Assembly: GCF_006345805.1 (NCBI RefSeq)
Contig: NC_043022.1
Location: 3,472,001 to 3,536,000, forward strand
Length of the DNA stretch: 64,000 nt
Source: Octopus sinensis
Lineage: Eukaryota
Reading direction: 5' to 3'
Positions within the stretch are counted from its first letter, which is position 1; each line of letters starts with the position of its first letter. The position numbers and the translations under genes are program-made. This document shows, piece by piece, positions 12,128 to 25,100 of the stretch. Under the pieces are notes generated by a model, which worked only from the letters and a program-made list of their open reading frames with translations, ran no database searches and had not been told where the DNA came from.

Positions 12128-12400
12128 TTATGACCACACTTTCTGCTTATGATGCTCACAACATCATAAGCAAAAAGTGTAACCTCTCGAAAGAGTTGCT
12201 CCGGGGTCACTCCGAAAAACTCTATCTGCGACGATTTCATCTCAATCAAAGGAGAGGGGCTTTCTCCGTCCGGATTGCGGATCCGTGGAATAAGCTGCCG
12301 GACGAGATAGTGAAGATGCTGACGACCGCTCGGTTCAAAGTCTCTCTTAATCAGAAATGGCCTGAACTCTTTGCATGAACACCTGAGCTGACATTATACA
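12128..12400 (+). mobile_element. CR1-type LINE 3' fragment, same family as 9350-9660
   Basis: LRGHSEKLYLRRFHLNQRRGAFSVRIADPWNKLPDEIV. Confidence 0.85.
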
Positions 12401-12578
12401 CCAATAACTTTGGATTTGAACTATTTCTTGAAGAATTTCACTCAATTCATCTGACCACATCAATGTTTCAGACAAACCAGTGTTTACTCTTTTACTTGTT
12501 TCAGTCATTTGACTGTGTCCATGCTGGAGCACCGGCTTTAGTGTAATAGTTCTTAAGAAATATTATTTTAGTGTAGTT

Positions 12579-13545
12579 GCATGGCGCAGTGGTTAGAGCA
12601 TTGGGCTCACAACCATGAAGTAGTGAGTTCGATTCCTGAACCGAGCCGTGTGTTGTGTTCTTGAGCAAGACACTTTATTTCACATTGCTCCAGTTCACTC
12701 AGCTCTAGAAATGAGTTTTGATGTCAGTGGTGCCAAGGTGTATCGGCCCCTTTGCCTTTCCCCTTGGATAACATTGGTGGCGTGGAGAAGGGAGGCTGGT
12801 ATACATGGGTGACTGCTGGTCTTCCATAAAATGACCTTGCCTGGACTTCTGCCCCAGAGGGGAACTTTCTTGGTGCAATCTCATGGTCAATCATAGCCAA
12901 AGGGGGTCTTAACCCTTACACTATCTTTATAGTGTGTGCGTGCATGGCTCAGTGGTTAGAGCAGTGATTCCCTAACATTTTTGAGCTGCTGCCCCCTTGA
13001 CACCCAGGCCACATTCCTAGTGCCCCCACGCCAGCTGACCTCTTCAGAGCAACTGTATTTCACAAATAATACTTAACCTAACGACCCCTTTATTTTGATG
13101 TCTATACATGACTCACCACCCCATTATCGCCCTAATTTTTACATGAATTGCTCCCCTATTATCATCCCACTTTCCTCCAATGCCCCAGGGGAGCAATACC
13201 ATCGACTTTGGGAACCACTGGGTTAGAGCATTGGGCTCACAACTATGAGGTAGTGAGTTCAATTTCTGAACTGGGCTGCGTGTTGTGTTCTTGAGCAAGG
13301 CACTTTATTCCATGTTGCTCCAGTTCACTCAGCTGTAGAAATGAGTTGTGACATCACAGGTGCCAAGCTGTATCATGGCCTTTGCCTTTGCCTTGGGTAA
13401 CATCAGTAGCATGGAGAGGAGAGGCTGGTACGCATGGGTGACTGCTGATCTTCCATAAACAGCCTTGCTTGGGCTTATGCCCCAGAGGGGAACTTTCTAA
13501 GTGCAATCCCATGGTCATTTATGACCAAAGGGGGTCTTTACCCTT
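12579..13545 (+). mobile_element. Two tandem copies of a CORE-like tRNA-derived SINE (the second interrupted by the hAT MITE)
   Basis: tggcgcagtggttagagc..gagttcgattcc head followed by ttgtgttcttgagcaagacactttatttcac..cactcagct, which resembles the CORE domain. Confidence 0.75.
12962..13220. mobile_element. hAT-type MITE with 8-bp TSD, inserted in a SINE head
   Basis: Termini cagtgattccc / gggaaccactg; GGTTAGAG duplicated at 12954-12961 and 13221-13228. Confidence 0.85.
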
Positions 13546-15271
13546 TTATATTATTTCAATAATAATTTCTGATTTAACCCTGTCATGCTGTGTTCCCGCT
13601 ATAGTGGGAATGGGTTAAACATCATCTCTGCCAGACTCCTCATAAAGCAGGAATGAACTACACGTGTAGTAAAAAGAAGATGCTGCAGATTCTGTCCATA
13701 CAACTCATCATCATCATCATCACTTAATGTCCACTTCCCATGCTGGCATTGGTTGGACGGTTTTACAGGAGCTGACCAGCAGAAGGGCAGTTCAGGCTCT
13801 GTTTTGAAATGGTTTCTACAGCTGGATGCCTTTCCTAATGCCAACCACTTTACAAAGTGTACTGGGTGCTTTTTATGTGGCACCAGCATCAGTGAAGGTG
13901 CCAAGTAACTTGCAAGATTAAGACTCCTCAACTGAGCAGGGTAGAGACTGGAGAAATAAGAAACTGTGACAGATGGGGAGGAACAGGTTTCTTCCCATCA
14001 GATCATTTAACGTCTCTCTTCCATGCTGGCATAGATTGGATAGTTTGATAGGAGCTAGGCAAGCCTGAGACTTGCACAAGGTTCCAACTGTTTGGTATGG
14101 TTTCTACAGCTGGATGCCCTTCCTAACACCAACCACTTTACAGAGGGTACCGGGTGCTTTTTATGTGGCACCAGCACCTACAAGATTTTATTGTTTGGAA
14201 GCCCAGGCAGAGGATAAAGTTAGACAGAGGGGCCCAGGTCTGAGAGGGTTAAGGAATTTGATATCGTTAAGCTGGATTACTTTGTTTTAATGAGATTAAC
14301 AGCCTTAAATGCTGGTTCCTCGATCAGACACAAAACCATTTGCTCAAAGATGATATATTTATAGCAGAACCAAAATTGAGGTCGATCAACATCAGTGGAA
14401 GTTGCAGCTGTGGTTAAGCGAACCATCCGATCGTGGCTGTTGCCGGCGCTGCCCCGTCTGGCCTCCATGCCGGTGGCACTTAAAAGCACCATTCGTTCGT
14501 GTCCGCTGCTAGCCTCGCCTGGCCCCCGTGCCGGTGGCACGTAAAAGCACCATCCGTTCGTGGCAGTTTGCCAGCTCCGTCTGGCACGTAAAAATCACCC
14601 ACTACACTCACGGAGTGGTTGGCGTTAGGAAGGGCATCCAGCCATAGAAACACTGCCAGATCTAACTGGGCCTGATGCAGCCTTCTGGCTTCACAGACCC
14701 CAGTTGAACCGTCCAACCCATGCCAGCATGGAAAGCGGATGCTAAATGATGATGATGATGATGATTAAACTACAACAACTCTTAACTATTAAATACAGCA
14801 TTCTGTTGGTGACTATGGACGGATGGAAAGCAAGCTCTATCCAGGTGAGTAACCAGCACAAGGTTGAGTGACAAAACTAAACAGTCTAATACATTTATAG
14901 TTTGGTTGCGACTAATATGGCCACTATCAAGACAATATTTTTCAAGATAAAATATTTGAAAACCAAAAAAAAAAAACTTTTCTTAAATAAATCTAGGACT
15001 GCAGAGTCGTCTAAATAAACAAAAACATCTTTCATTTACTTTGTGACAGAGTACTCTTTTACTCGTTTCAGTCATTTGACTGCGGCCATGCTGGAGCACC
15101 ACCTTTAGTCGAGCAAATCGCCCCCAGAACTGATTCTTTAAGCCCAGTACTTATTCTATCGGTCTCTTTTGCCGAACCGCTAAGTGATGGGGACGTAAAC
15201 ACACCAGCATTGGTTGTCAAGCAATGCTAGGGGGACAACCAGACACACAAAACACACATACATATATATAT

Positions 15272-15309
<38 letters not shown>

Positions 15310-17042
15310 GACAGGCTTCTTTCAGTTTCCGTCTACCAAATCCACTCACAAGGCATTGGTTGGCCCGGGGCTATAGCAGAAGACACTTGCCCAAGATGCC
15401 ATGCAGTGGGACTGAACCCGGAACCATGTGGTTGGTTAGCAAGCTACTTACCACACAGCCACTCCTGCGCCTAGTACCAAATCAGTAACACAGTTGTTGC
15501 ATCCCAAACAACAGACACTTCCGATTTGTCTAGTTTAGGATTCTCCCCCAATTAAGGGTCCATTGCTTCTCCCACAAAACATGCTGTCTGAATAACCCTT
15601 AATCCTTTAGCATTTAATCTGGCCTAAATATTTTGTTTTATGTTAAAACTGACCACATCCAGCCTCTCATACCTACCCAACAGTGTCATTCTAAAAATAT
15701 ACAATCATATCATCGAAATCTTGAAGCTACAAGACAATCCATGATTAATCCAAAGCAGTGTGAATGAATAAGCATTGCATCTAACAGAGTAATCCGAATG
15801 CCAAGTATTCAGATTATTCTGTCAATTGTAATGCATATTTATTCTCTTTACTCTTTTACTTGTTTCAGTCATTTGACTGCGGCCATGCTGGAGCACCGCC
15901 TTTAATCGAGCAACTCAACCCCGGGACTTATTCTTTGTAAGCCCAGTACTTATTCTATCGGTCTCTTTTGCTGAACCGCTAAGTAACGGGGACATAAACA
16001 CACCAGCATCGGTTGTCAAGCAATGCTAGGGGGACAAACACAGACACACACACACACGCATATATATATATACATATATATGACAGGCTTCTTTCAGTTT
16101 CCGTCTACCAAATCATTGTTTTTAATTAATCCTGTATTATCTCCAAGCTTTGAAATTTCAAGAATGTAGAATGACATTGTAGGGCAGGTGTGGCAGTCTG
16201 GATTTTGGTCAGTTTTAACAGAAAACAGGAAGAATATCTGGGCTGGATGCTGCGTGTTTAAATGCTAAATAGATGAACTGGATGATTATTATAACTGGTG
16301 TTCAAAAAAACAGAAGTCGGAATCGGTGAAAGAAGGAAATAGTGAAATCCACACCAAACTCTTAACCCTTTAGTATTTAAACCGGCCAGTGGAGGCGCAA
16401 TGGCCCAGTGGTTAGGGCAGCGGACTCACGGTCATAGGATCGCAGTTTCGATTCCCAGACCAGGCGATGTGAGTGTTTATTGAGCGAAAACACCTAAAAG
16501 CTCCTTGAGGCTCTGGCAGGGGATGGTGGTGATCCCTGCTGTACTCTTTCACCACAACTTTCTCTCACTCTTACTTCCTGTTTCTGTTGTACCTGTATTT
16601 CAAAGGGCCGGCTTGTCACTCTCTGTGTCACGCTGAATATCCCCGAGAACTACATTAAGGGTACACGTGTCTGTAGAGTGCTCAGCCACTTACACGTTAA
16701 TTTCATGAGCAGGCTGTTCCGTTGATTCGGATCAACCGGAACCCTCATCGTCGTAACCGACGGAGTGCTTCCACATAAACTGGCCAAAATAGCTAATCTG
16801 TTTTATGTTCAAACTGACCAGATCCAGGCTCTCACACCTACCCTACAATGTTATTCTACATTAGGTAATTACACCATCAAGATCTTGAAGATATGAGATA
16901 ATGCATGATTAATTCAAAGGCATTAATTGAAGATATGAGATAATGCATAATTAATTCAAATTCATAGGCATTATGTTTGATAGAATAATCAGAACACGAA
17001 AGGGTTAAAATATTCTAAGATATAAGAAAACTTCCAACTTAC

Positions 17043-17103
17043 ATATCTTGTGAGTAATCAAGATTTTTGCTTAGATGAGGATCAATAACGCCATCGACAA
17101 CAT
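17043..17103 (-). CDS. KSR: KSR exon g (61 nt, phase 1 to 2)
   Basis: Acceptor aattttctatcattttag, donor AT/gtaagt. Translates DVVDGVIDPHLSKNLDYSQD. It supplies the phase change needed between exons f and h, and FPFP/DV matches the KSR FxFP/D junction. It is not visible in the ORF track. Confidence 0.82.
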
Positions 17104-18409
17104 CTAAAATGATAGAAAATTGAAGATCAATAACAATCCAAGTATTGACAGAATGGTCATGCCATTTTTTTTGGGGGGGGGGAGAGAAAACAAAAACAAT
17201 ATTGTTAATAACAACAAAACAAAAACAAAAATTACAAAAAGATATTTCATAGAAACTGAGGTGTTTTAGTTTGGAAATTTCTTTAGCATTTACAATTCCA
17301 GTGTTGATTCTTTTATAGATACCAACCTGCTGGAGAATGTGTCACAAAAACCAGTCTAATTAGGCAATAAATTTTGTTAAACCTCTCTAATCACTGATTA
17401 TTTTTTCCCCAAAATTAATTGAAACATGTAAGCAGTGTTTTAGTTAAAGGATAAAGCTTAACCATTTAGCATTCAGATTACTCTGTCAAATGAAATGCTT
17501 CTTTATTCCAATCTTCCTTTCCGTTAACCCTTTTGCTACCAGTCTAGCTGAAACCGCCTCTGGCTCTCATCATCATCATCATCATTTAGCGTCCGTTTTC
17601 CATGCTAGCATGGGTTGGACGGTTCTACTGGGGTCTGTGAAACCAGAAGGCTGCATCAGGCCCAGTCAGATCTGGCAGTGTTTCTACGGCTGGATGCCCT
17701 TCCTAACGCCAACCACTCCGTGAGTGTAGTGGGTGCTTTTTACGTGCCACCTGCACAGGTGCCAGACAGAGCTGGCAAACGGCCACGAACGGATGGTGTT
17801 TTATGTGCCACCGGCACGGGGGCCAGGCGAGGCTGGCAACGGACACGAACGGAAGGTGCTTTTACGTGCTACCAGCACAGGGCCAGGCGAGGCTGGCAAT
17901 GGACACGAGTGGATGGTGCTTTTACGTGCTCTGTAGTTACAAATGTCTTGTTTTCAGAAGTTCTCAAAATCTTCCATCAAACCTTAGTCACAATTTATGT
18001 TCCTAACACTAGCTTAATGATATCTAATTTATTTTACTAAATTCTTTGCTATATTTAAAATTAATTGAAAAAAAAAAACACAGATCATCTCAAAAGAAAT
18101 ATGGTAATGAAAGGGTTAAACATGCATTGCAAAAACCATTGAAAGTTCTTGGTAATCTCTACCTAACCGGAGTTTGATTCAGCTCTGTTCCAGTTCAAAA
18201 CCCCACAACATGGCTGTTGAGGTTAGAGATTGTACAATCTCTGTAATAGTAGAACAGCTGGGGAAGGGGTACACGATTCCCTTTGGCAGAGGCACTTTTG
18301 GGTCTGCTGTATCAGCTGTATTGGATCAGGGGATTGTAGTGGGATACCCAAGGACTGACCCAAGGAGCTCACACTCTAGCTATGCCAATACTACATAAGA
18401 ACTACATTA

Positions 18410-21380
18410 GGCGGCGAGCTGGCAGAAACGTTAGCATGCTGGGCGAAGTGCTTAGCCGTATTTCGGCTGCCGTTACGTTCTGAGTTCAAATTCCGCCGAG
18501 GTCGACTTTGCCTTTCATCCTTTCTGGGTCGATAAATAAAGTACCAGTTACGCACTGGGGTCGATGTAATCGACTTAATCCCTTTGTCTGTCCTTGTTTG
18601 TCCCCTCTATGTTTAGCCCCTTGTGGGTAGTAAAGAAATAGGTATTTCGTCTGCCGTTACGTTCTGAGCTCAAATTCCGTAGAGGTCGACTTTGCCTTTC
18701 ATCCTTTCATCATCATCATCATCATCATCATTTAACGTCCGCTTTCCATGCTAGCATGGGTTGGACGGTTCAACTGGGGTCTGGGGAGCCCGAAAGCTGC
18801 ACCAGTCCAGTCAGATCTGGCAGTGTTTCTACAGCTGGATGCCCTTCCTAACGCCAACCACTCCGAGAGTGTAGTGGGTGATTTTATGTGCCACCGACAC
18901 AGGTGCCAGACGAGGCTGGCAAACGGCCACGCTTGGATGGTGTTTTTTATGTGCCACCGACACAGGTGCCAGACGAGGCTGGCAGACGGCCACGCTCGGA
19001 TGGTGTTTTTATGTGCCACCGACACAGGTGCCAGATGAGGCTGGCAAACGGCCACGATCGGATGGTGTTTGTTACGTGCCCACAGCACGGAGCTGGTACT
19101 GGCTACGGCCGTGTGCCACGTGCCACCGGCACTGGTACCACAAAGATACAAATTCCATTGATGTTCATCTATTTTGATTTGTTTTGATTTTCACTTGCCT
19201 CAACAGGTCTTCACAAGTGTCACGAGAAGGAAGGTATGCACAGGTGGACTGACTACGTCCCAGGTAGGGGCCACAGGTTATGGCCTGACTAGTCTTGCCG
19301 GGTCTTCGGATGGTGTTTTTATGTGCCACTGACACAGGTGCCAGATGAGGCTGGCGAACGGCCACGATCGGATGGTGTTTGTTACGTGCCCACAGCACGG
19401 AGGCCAGTCGGTGCGGTACTGGCTACGGCCACGTTCGGATGGTTTTCTTGTGTGCCACCGGCACTGGTACCACAAAGATACAATTCCATTAATGTTCATC
19501 TATTTTGATTTGTTTTGATTTGATTTGATTTGATTTGTTTTGATTTCATTTTGATTTGATTTTGATTTTCACTTGCCTCAACAGGCCTTCACAAGTATCA
19601 CAAGGAGGAAGGTATGCACAGGTGGACTGACTACGTCCCAGGTAGGGGCCATGGGTTATGGCCTGACTAGTCTTGCCGGGTCTTCGGATGGTGTGGGGCC
19701 ATGGGTTATGGCCTGACTAGTCTTGCCGGGTCTTCGGATGGTGTTTTTATGTGCCACCGACACAGGTGCTAGATGAGGCTGGCGAACGGCCACGATCGGA
19801 TGGTGTTTGTTATGTGCCCACAGCACGATGGCCAGTGATGCGGTACTGACTACGGCCACGTTCGGATGGATTCTTGTGTGCCACCGGCACTGGTACCACA
19901 AAGATACAAATTCCATTGATGTTCATCTATTTTGATTTGTTTTGATTTTCACTTGTCTCAACAGGTCTTCACAAGTGTCACAAGAAGGAAGGTATGTACA
20001 GGTGGACTGACTACGTCCCAGGTAGGGGCCACGGGTTATGACCTGACTAGTCTTGCCGGGTCTTCGGATGGTGTTTTTATGTGCCACCATGTTCCCACAG
20101 CACGGAGGCCAGTCGATGCGGTACTGGCTACGGCCACGTTCGGATGGTTTTCTTGTGTGCCACAGGCACTGGTACCACAAAGATACAAATTCCATTGATG
20201 TTCATCTATTTTGATTTGTTTTGATTGATTTTCACTTGCCTCAGCAGGTCTTCACAAGTGTCACAAGAAGGAAGGTATGCACAGGTGGATCGACTACGTC
20301 CCAGGTAGGGGCCACGGGATATGGCCTGACTAGTCCTGCCGGGTCCTCTCATGCACAGCACACTTCCATAGGACTCGGTCTTCAGTCATTTCCTTGGTGA
20401 GACCTAAAGTTCGAAGGTCGTGCTTCACCACCTTGTCCCAGGTTTTCCTGGGTCTACCTCTTCCACAGGTTCCCTCAACTGCTAGGGTGTAGCACTTTTG
20501 CACACAACTATCTTCAGCCATTCTCGTCACATGACCATACCAGCGCAGCCGTCTCTCTTGCACACCACAACTGACACTTCTTAGGTTCAACTTTTCTCTC
20601 AAAGTACTTACACTCTGACGATTATGAACACTGACATTACACATCCATCGGAGCATACTGGCTTCATTTCTTGCGAGCTTACGCATATCCTCAGCAGTCA
20701 CGGCCCATGTTTCACTACCATGTAGCATGGCTGTACGTACACACGCATCATATAGTCTGCCTTTACTCTTAGCGAGAGGCCTTTTGTCACCAGCAGGGTA
20801 AGAGCTCTCTAAACTTTGCCCAGGCTATTCTTACTCTAGCAGTTACACTTTCAGCACACCCACCCCCGCCACTGACTTGGTCTCCTAGGTAGCGGAAGCT
20901 ATCAACTACTTCTAGTTTGTCTCCCTGGAACGTGGTAGAAGTTGGTCTCTGCACATTTCCAGTGTTTATTGCTCCTGAGCATCTGCCACAGACAAAAACT
21001 ATTTTCTTAGTTAGCCTTCCTTTGACATTGCTGCACCTCTTATGTGTCCATAGCTTACACTTGGTGCACCTTATAGAGTTTCTACCTACACCTTTTTTAC
21101 AGATCGAGCAGGGCCATCTACCTGAAGTCGTTTGTGATTGGTCCACCTTCCTACTTATTAGGACTTTGGTTTTGGCTAGGTCCACCTTCCTACTTATTAG
21201 GACTTTGGTTTTGGCTAGGTCCATCTTCCTACTTATTAGGACTTTGGTTTTGGCTAGGTTGATTTCTGGGTCGATAAATAAAGTACCAGTTACGCACTGG
21301 GGTCGATGTAATCGACTTAATCCCTTTGTCTGCCCTTGTTTGTCCCCTCTATGTTTAGCCCCTTGTGGGCAATAAAGAAA
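18410..21380 (+). mobile_element. Second SINE family (ggcggcgagctggcagaa head), partially dimeric, split by the LINE, with a 16-bp TSD
   Basis: aatactacataagaac at 18387-18402 and 21383-21398; the SINE sequence resumes exactly after the LINE. Confidence 0.88.
18709..21262 (-). mobile_element. 5'-truncated RTE/RTEX-like LINE with an embedded PHD-like Cys/His finger and an expanded repetitive 3' UTR, inserted inside a SINE
   Basis: ORF 20787: KTKVL..WPCSICKKGVGRNSIRCTKCKLWTHKRCS..FVCGRC..GDKLEVVDSFRYLG. ORF 20330: MLHGSETWAV..RRLRWYGHV..GRGRPRKTW. (CAT)n tail at 18709; tttc on both sides. Confidence 0.9.
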
Positions 21381-22106
21381 TAAATACTACATAAGAACCT
21401 AATTAGTTGTGTCATTTCTTACTTGTTTCAGTCACTTGACATCCACTCGTAAGGTTTTGGCCATCCCGAGGCTATAGAAGAAGACACTTGCCCAAGGTGC
21501 CACGCAGTGGGACTGAACCTAGAACCATGTGGTTGGAAAGCAAACTTCTTATCACACAGCCATGCACAGTGCCTAGTTATATTTACTGTAGAAAACTTTT
21601 CTCCATGTAAAACGGTACAGGAGAATCGGTTAGAATTATGACTGGTAAATTTGATATACTTAAGGAAAAAAAAAATACTGACTGTTTATATACTGACTAT
21701 TTCCAACAATCTGATCTGCTGTGCATATATACTCTTTTACTCGTTTCAGTCGTTTGACTGCGGCCATGCTGGAGCACCGCCTTTAATCGAGCAACTGGGC
21801 CCCAGGACTTATTCTTCTGTAAGCCCAGTACTTATTCTATCGGTCCCTTTTGCCGAACCGCTAAGTAACGGGGACATAAACACACCAGCATCGGTTGTCA
21901 AGCAATGCTAGGGGGACAAACACAGACACACACACGCATATATATACATATATACTATGGGCTTCTTTCAGTTTCCGTCTGCCAAATCCACTCACAAGGC
22001 TTTGGTCGGCCCCAGGCTATAGTAGAAGACACTTGCCCAAGGTGCGACGCAGTGGGACTGAACCTGGAACCATGTGGTTGGTAAACAAGCTACTTACCAC
22101 ACAGCC

Positions 22107-22144
<38 letters not shown>

Positions 22145-25100
22145 TAATAATAATAATAGTGAGCATAGTTAATTTACTTGGTATGCTTGGTGTGTACTTA
22201 AGTCATTGACCCCTGGGGGAATCAAAAGTGAAATCGCACTTGGCGGGAGCTGAACAAAGAGCACAAATTAAAACACTGCAAGACATTTTACTTGTACACC
22301 ACTGATTTTTGTGACCAAAATTACCTTTTAAAACAACAATAATAACAGGTAATTGTACCCAAAATGAAGCACACAACAATGTTGCTAAAAATATAAAGTA
22401 TCAGTGCAAAAAAAAAAAAAACCAACAAAATAAAAAAACAACCCAAATTCCTCAAACAGCATACAGCACACCAATAAGAAAAGTTTATATTAAAAAAAAA
22501 AAGAAATAAAAAATCCCATTTGAAATAACATGAAAAACTGGAAAATTTGAAAATGAAAAAAAAAAAAAAAAAATTAAACCCTTTAGCAGTTATAGCACCA
22601 AAAATGTGGTGAAATGTGTTTTGATGTAGACCAGTGGTTCTTAACTGGGACCTATATAAGTTTTTTTTTTTTTGGGGGGGGGGGGGTCCACACAAGCAAA
22701 ATAGTAAATTAGGGACACACAGTAGTAGGGTCCCTGAAAAGTTTTTGGCAAGAAACAACCAAGTTTCTTTCTTCTTTTACAACTTTCTGGTTACTGAAAC
22801 CTGTTCGCTCAGAGAGTTTTTTTTATTGCAAGCCTACACAAGTAAATGGGGGGCGGGGAGGCAAAATAGGGATTTTGAAAGAAGTATTTAGAAAACTACT
22901 CGGTTGGCAAGAAAGTAATTTTGGTTTTTTAGTGTGAAATAAAGTAATTTTTTTTTTTTTTTTTACATACAAAGTGTTAGGAAAGGCATCCAGCTTGACA
23001 ACCGATGCTGGTGTGTTTACGTCCCCGTTGCTTAGCGGTTCGACAAAAGAGACTGGTAGAATAAGTACTGGGCTTACAAAGAATAAGTCCCGGGGTCGAT
23101 TTGCTCGACTAAAGGCGGTGCTCCAGCATGGCCGCAGTCAAATGACTGAAACAAGTAAAATATAAAAGAAAGATGTGTGTCCTGTTAAGCAATCAACACC
23201 ATAAATTTCCCATATCTCTGAGTGAGGCTCAGCAGCTTTCTTGCCTTTACGGATATAAAAAAGCAAAATATGGTGAAAATGTTCGTTTTTGCACTCCATG
23301 TTAAAACTGACACTGAACTAACAGCTGTAAATAAAATTGTGCAATTTGCTTCTTAAGTAAGCTAAAAGTAATGGCTATCAAATGTCACAAGGAAAAAAAT
23401 CATAACATTGACAAAAGACATTTTAAAAAATTGCGGCTTCCGTGCCGGTGGCACACATAAAAAAGCACCATCCGAACGTGGCCGATGCCAGCGCCACCTC
23501 GACTGGCTTCTGTGCCGGTGGCACACATAAAAAGCACCATCCGAACGTGGCCGATGCCAGTGCTGCCTTGGCTAGCTTCCGTGCCGGTGGCACGTTAAAA
23601 GCACCAACTGATCATGGCCGATGCCAGACTCCCCTGGCACCTGTGCAGGTGACACGTAAAAAGCACCCACTACACTCTCGGAGTGGTTGGCATTAGGAAG
23701 GGCATCCAGCTGTAGAAACTCTGCCAGATCAGACTGGAGCCTGGTGCAGCCCCTGGCTTCCCAGACCCCGGTCGAACCATCCAACCAGTGCTAGCGCAGA
23801 AAACGGACATTAAACGATGATGATGATGATGATTTGCGAAAAATGAAATTACTTTCTTGCCAACCCAACAGCTTTTAAACATCAAATGGCTATGGAGGTC
23901 TACTAGAATAAAATAGTAATTAAAGGGGTCTGCAGGTAAAAGAGGGTCAAGGACCACTGCTTTAGATATATTTATTGCAAGAAACAACTAGGTTTCTCTC
24001 CCTAATTCTTTACATAGTTTAACACGTTTCTGGCCCCTGAATCATGTTCTCTCAGAGGGTCCAATTGCAAACCCACACAAGTGAATGAGTGAAAAGCTAA
24101 ATAGGGATTTTGAAAGAAGTATCTGTAAAAATAGTTTTATTCCACCAGAATAAAATAGTAATTAGAGGGGTCCATAAGTAAAAAGTGCTTGGGAACCACT
24201 AATTGGTTGAATGAAGATACTAACGGGTAAAAAAAAAAAAAGGATGAAGAACAAAAAAAGAGGTGTGGATGCATGTGTTAAATGGTGATGTTCTCTGCTG
24301 TTGCTATTAAAGGTAACAGAAAACTTAGGTAACCAGGTGTAACTGGTGTATTTTAGGAAATGGGTTGGATACTAACCACAACCTGGAAAATTGAATCAAA
24401 ACAAACCAATATTAACCCAGGGTGCAAATTCCTCATCCCTCCCCCTCTCTGCACACTCCAATTGATGTTATTTCTTTCATACGGCGCCGAGTTCTTGAAA
24501 AGCCAAACCCAGAGACTTTCCCCAGTTTTGACCTGCTTCATAGAAGTCCTAAAAGTTAAAAATCATGGCCACCACTGGGAACTAATGTTGTGTGTAATAA
24601 GTACCCCCTCCAGAAATGTCGATCCTCAATGACCTTTCTAGATATTGCCACAATGTGGCAACGGTAGGGGACACAAAGTTTTTTGTGTGTATAGTAGCAA
24701 GTGGATGCAGTGGAGCGGAAGGATGGGTGGGGGGTGTCCAGTGGATTGAACAAGTTTGAGAGAAAGACACTTGGTTGTTACACAAAGCTTTAGTTCTAAA
24801 TTAGTAACGAGTTATGGATTAATTAATTAATGGCAAGGGTGCAGGCATGGCTGTGCCATAGGAAGTTTGCTTCCCACCTACATGGTTCTGAAATCAGTGC
24901 CACTGCATGGCACCTTGGGCATATATATACATAGGGGTGCAGGAGTGGCTGCATGTTAAGTAGCTTGCTTACCAACCACATGGTTCCAGGTTCAGTCCCA
25001 CTGCGTGGCACCTTGGGAAAGTATCTTCTACTATAGCCCTGGGCTGACCAAAACCTTGTGAGTGGATTTGGTAGATGGAAACTAAAAGAAGCCTATTACG

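Noticed and set aside
14800-14850. Plus-strand exon-like segment ending CAG/gtgagt
   Set aside because: Isolated, with no partner exons or recognisable peptide; insufficient evidence for a nested antisense gene.
18174-18398. Plus-strand ORF with a GRGTFG kinase-like loop
   Set aside because: No other kinase motifs and no supporting splice signals; probably chance.
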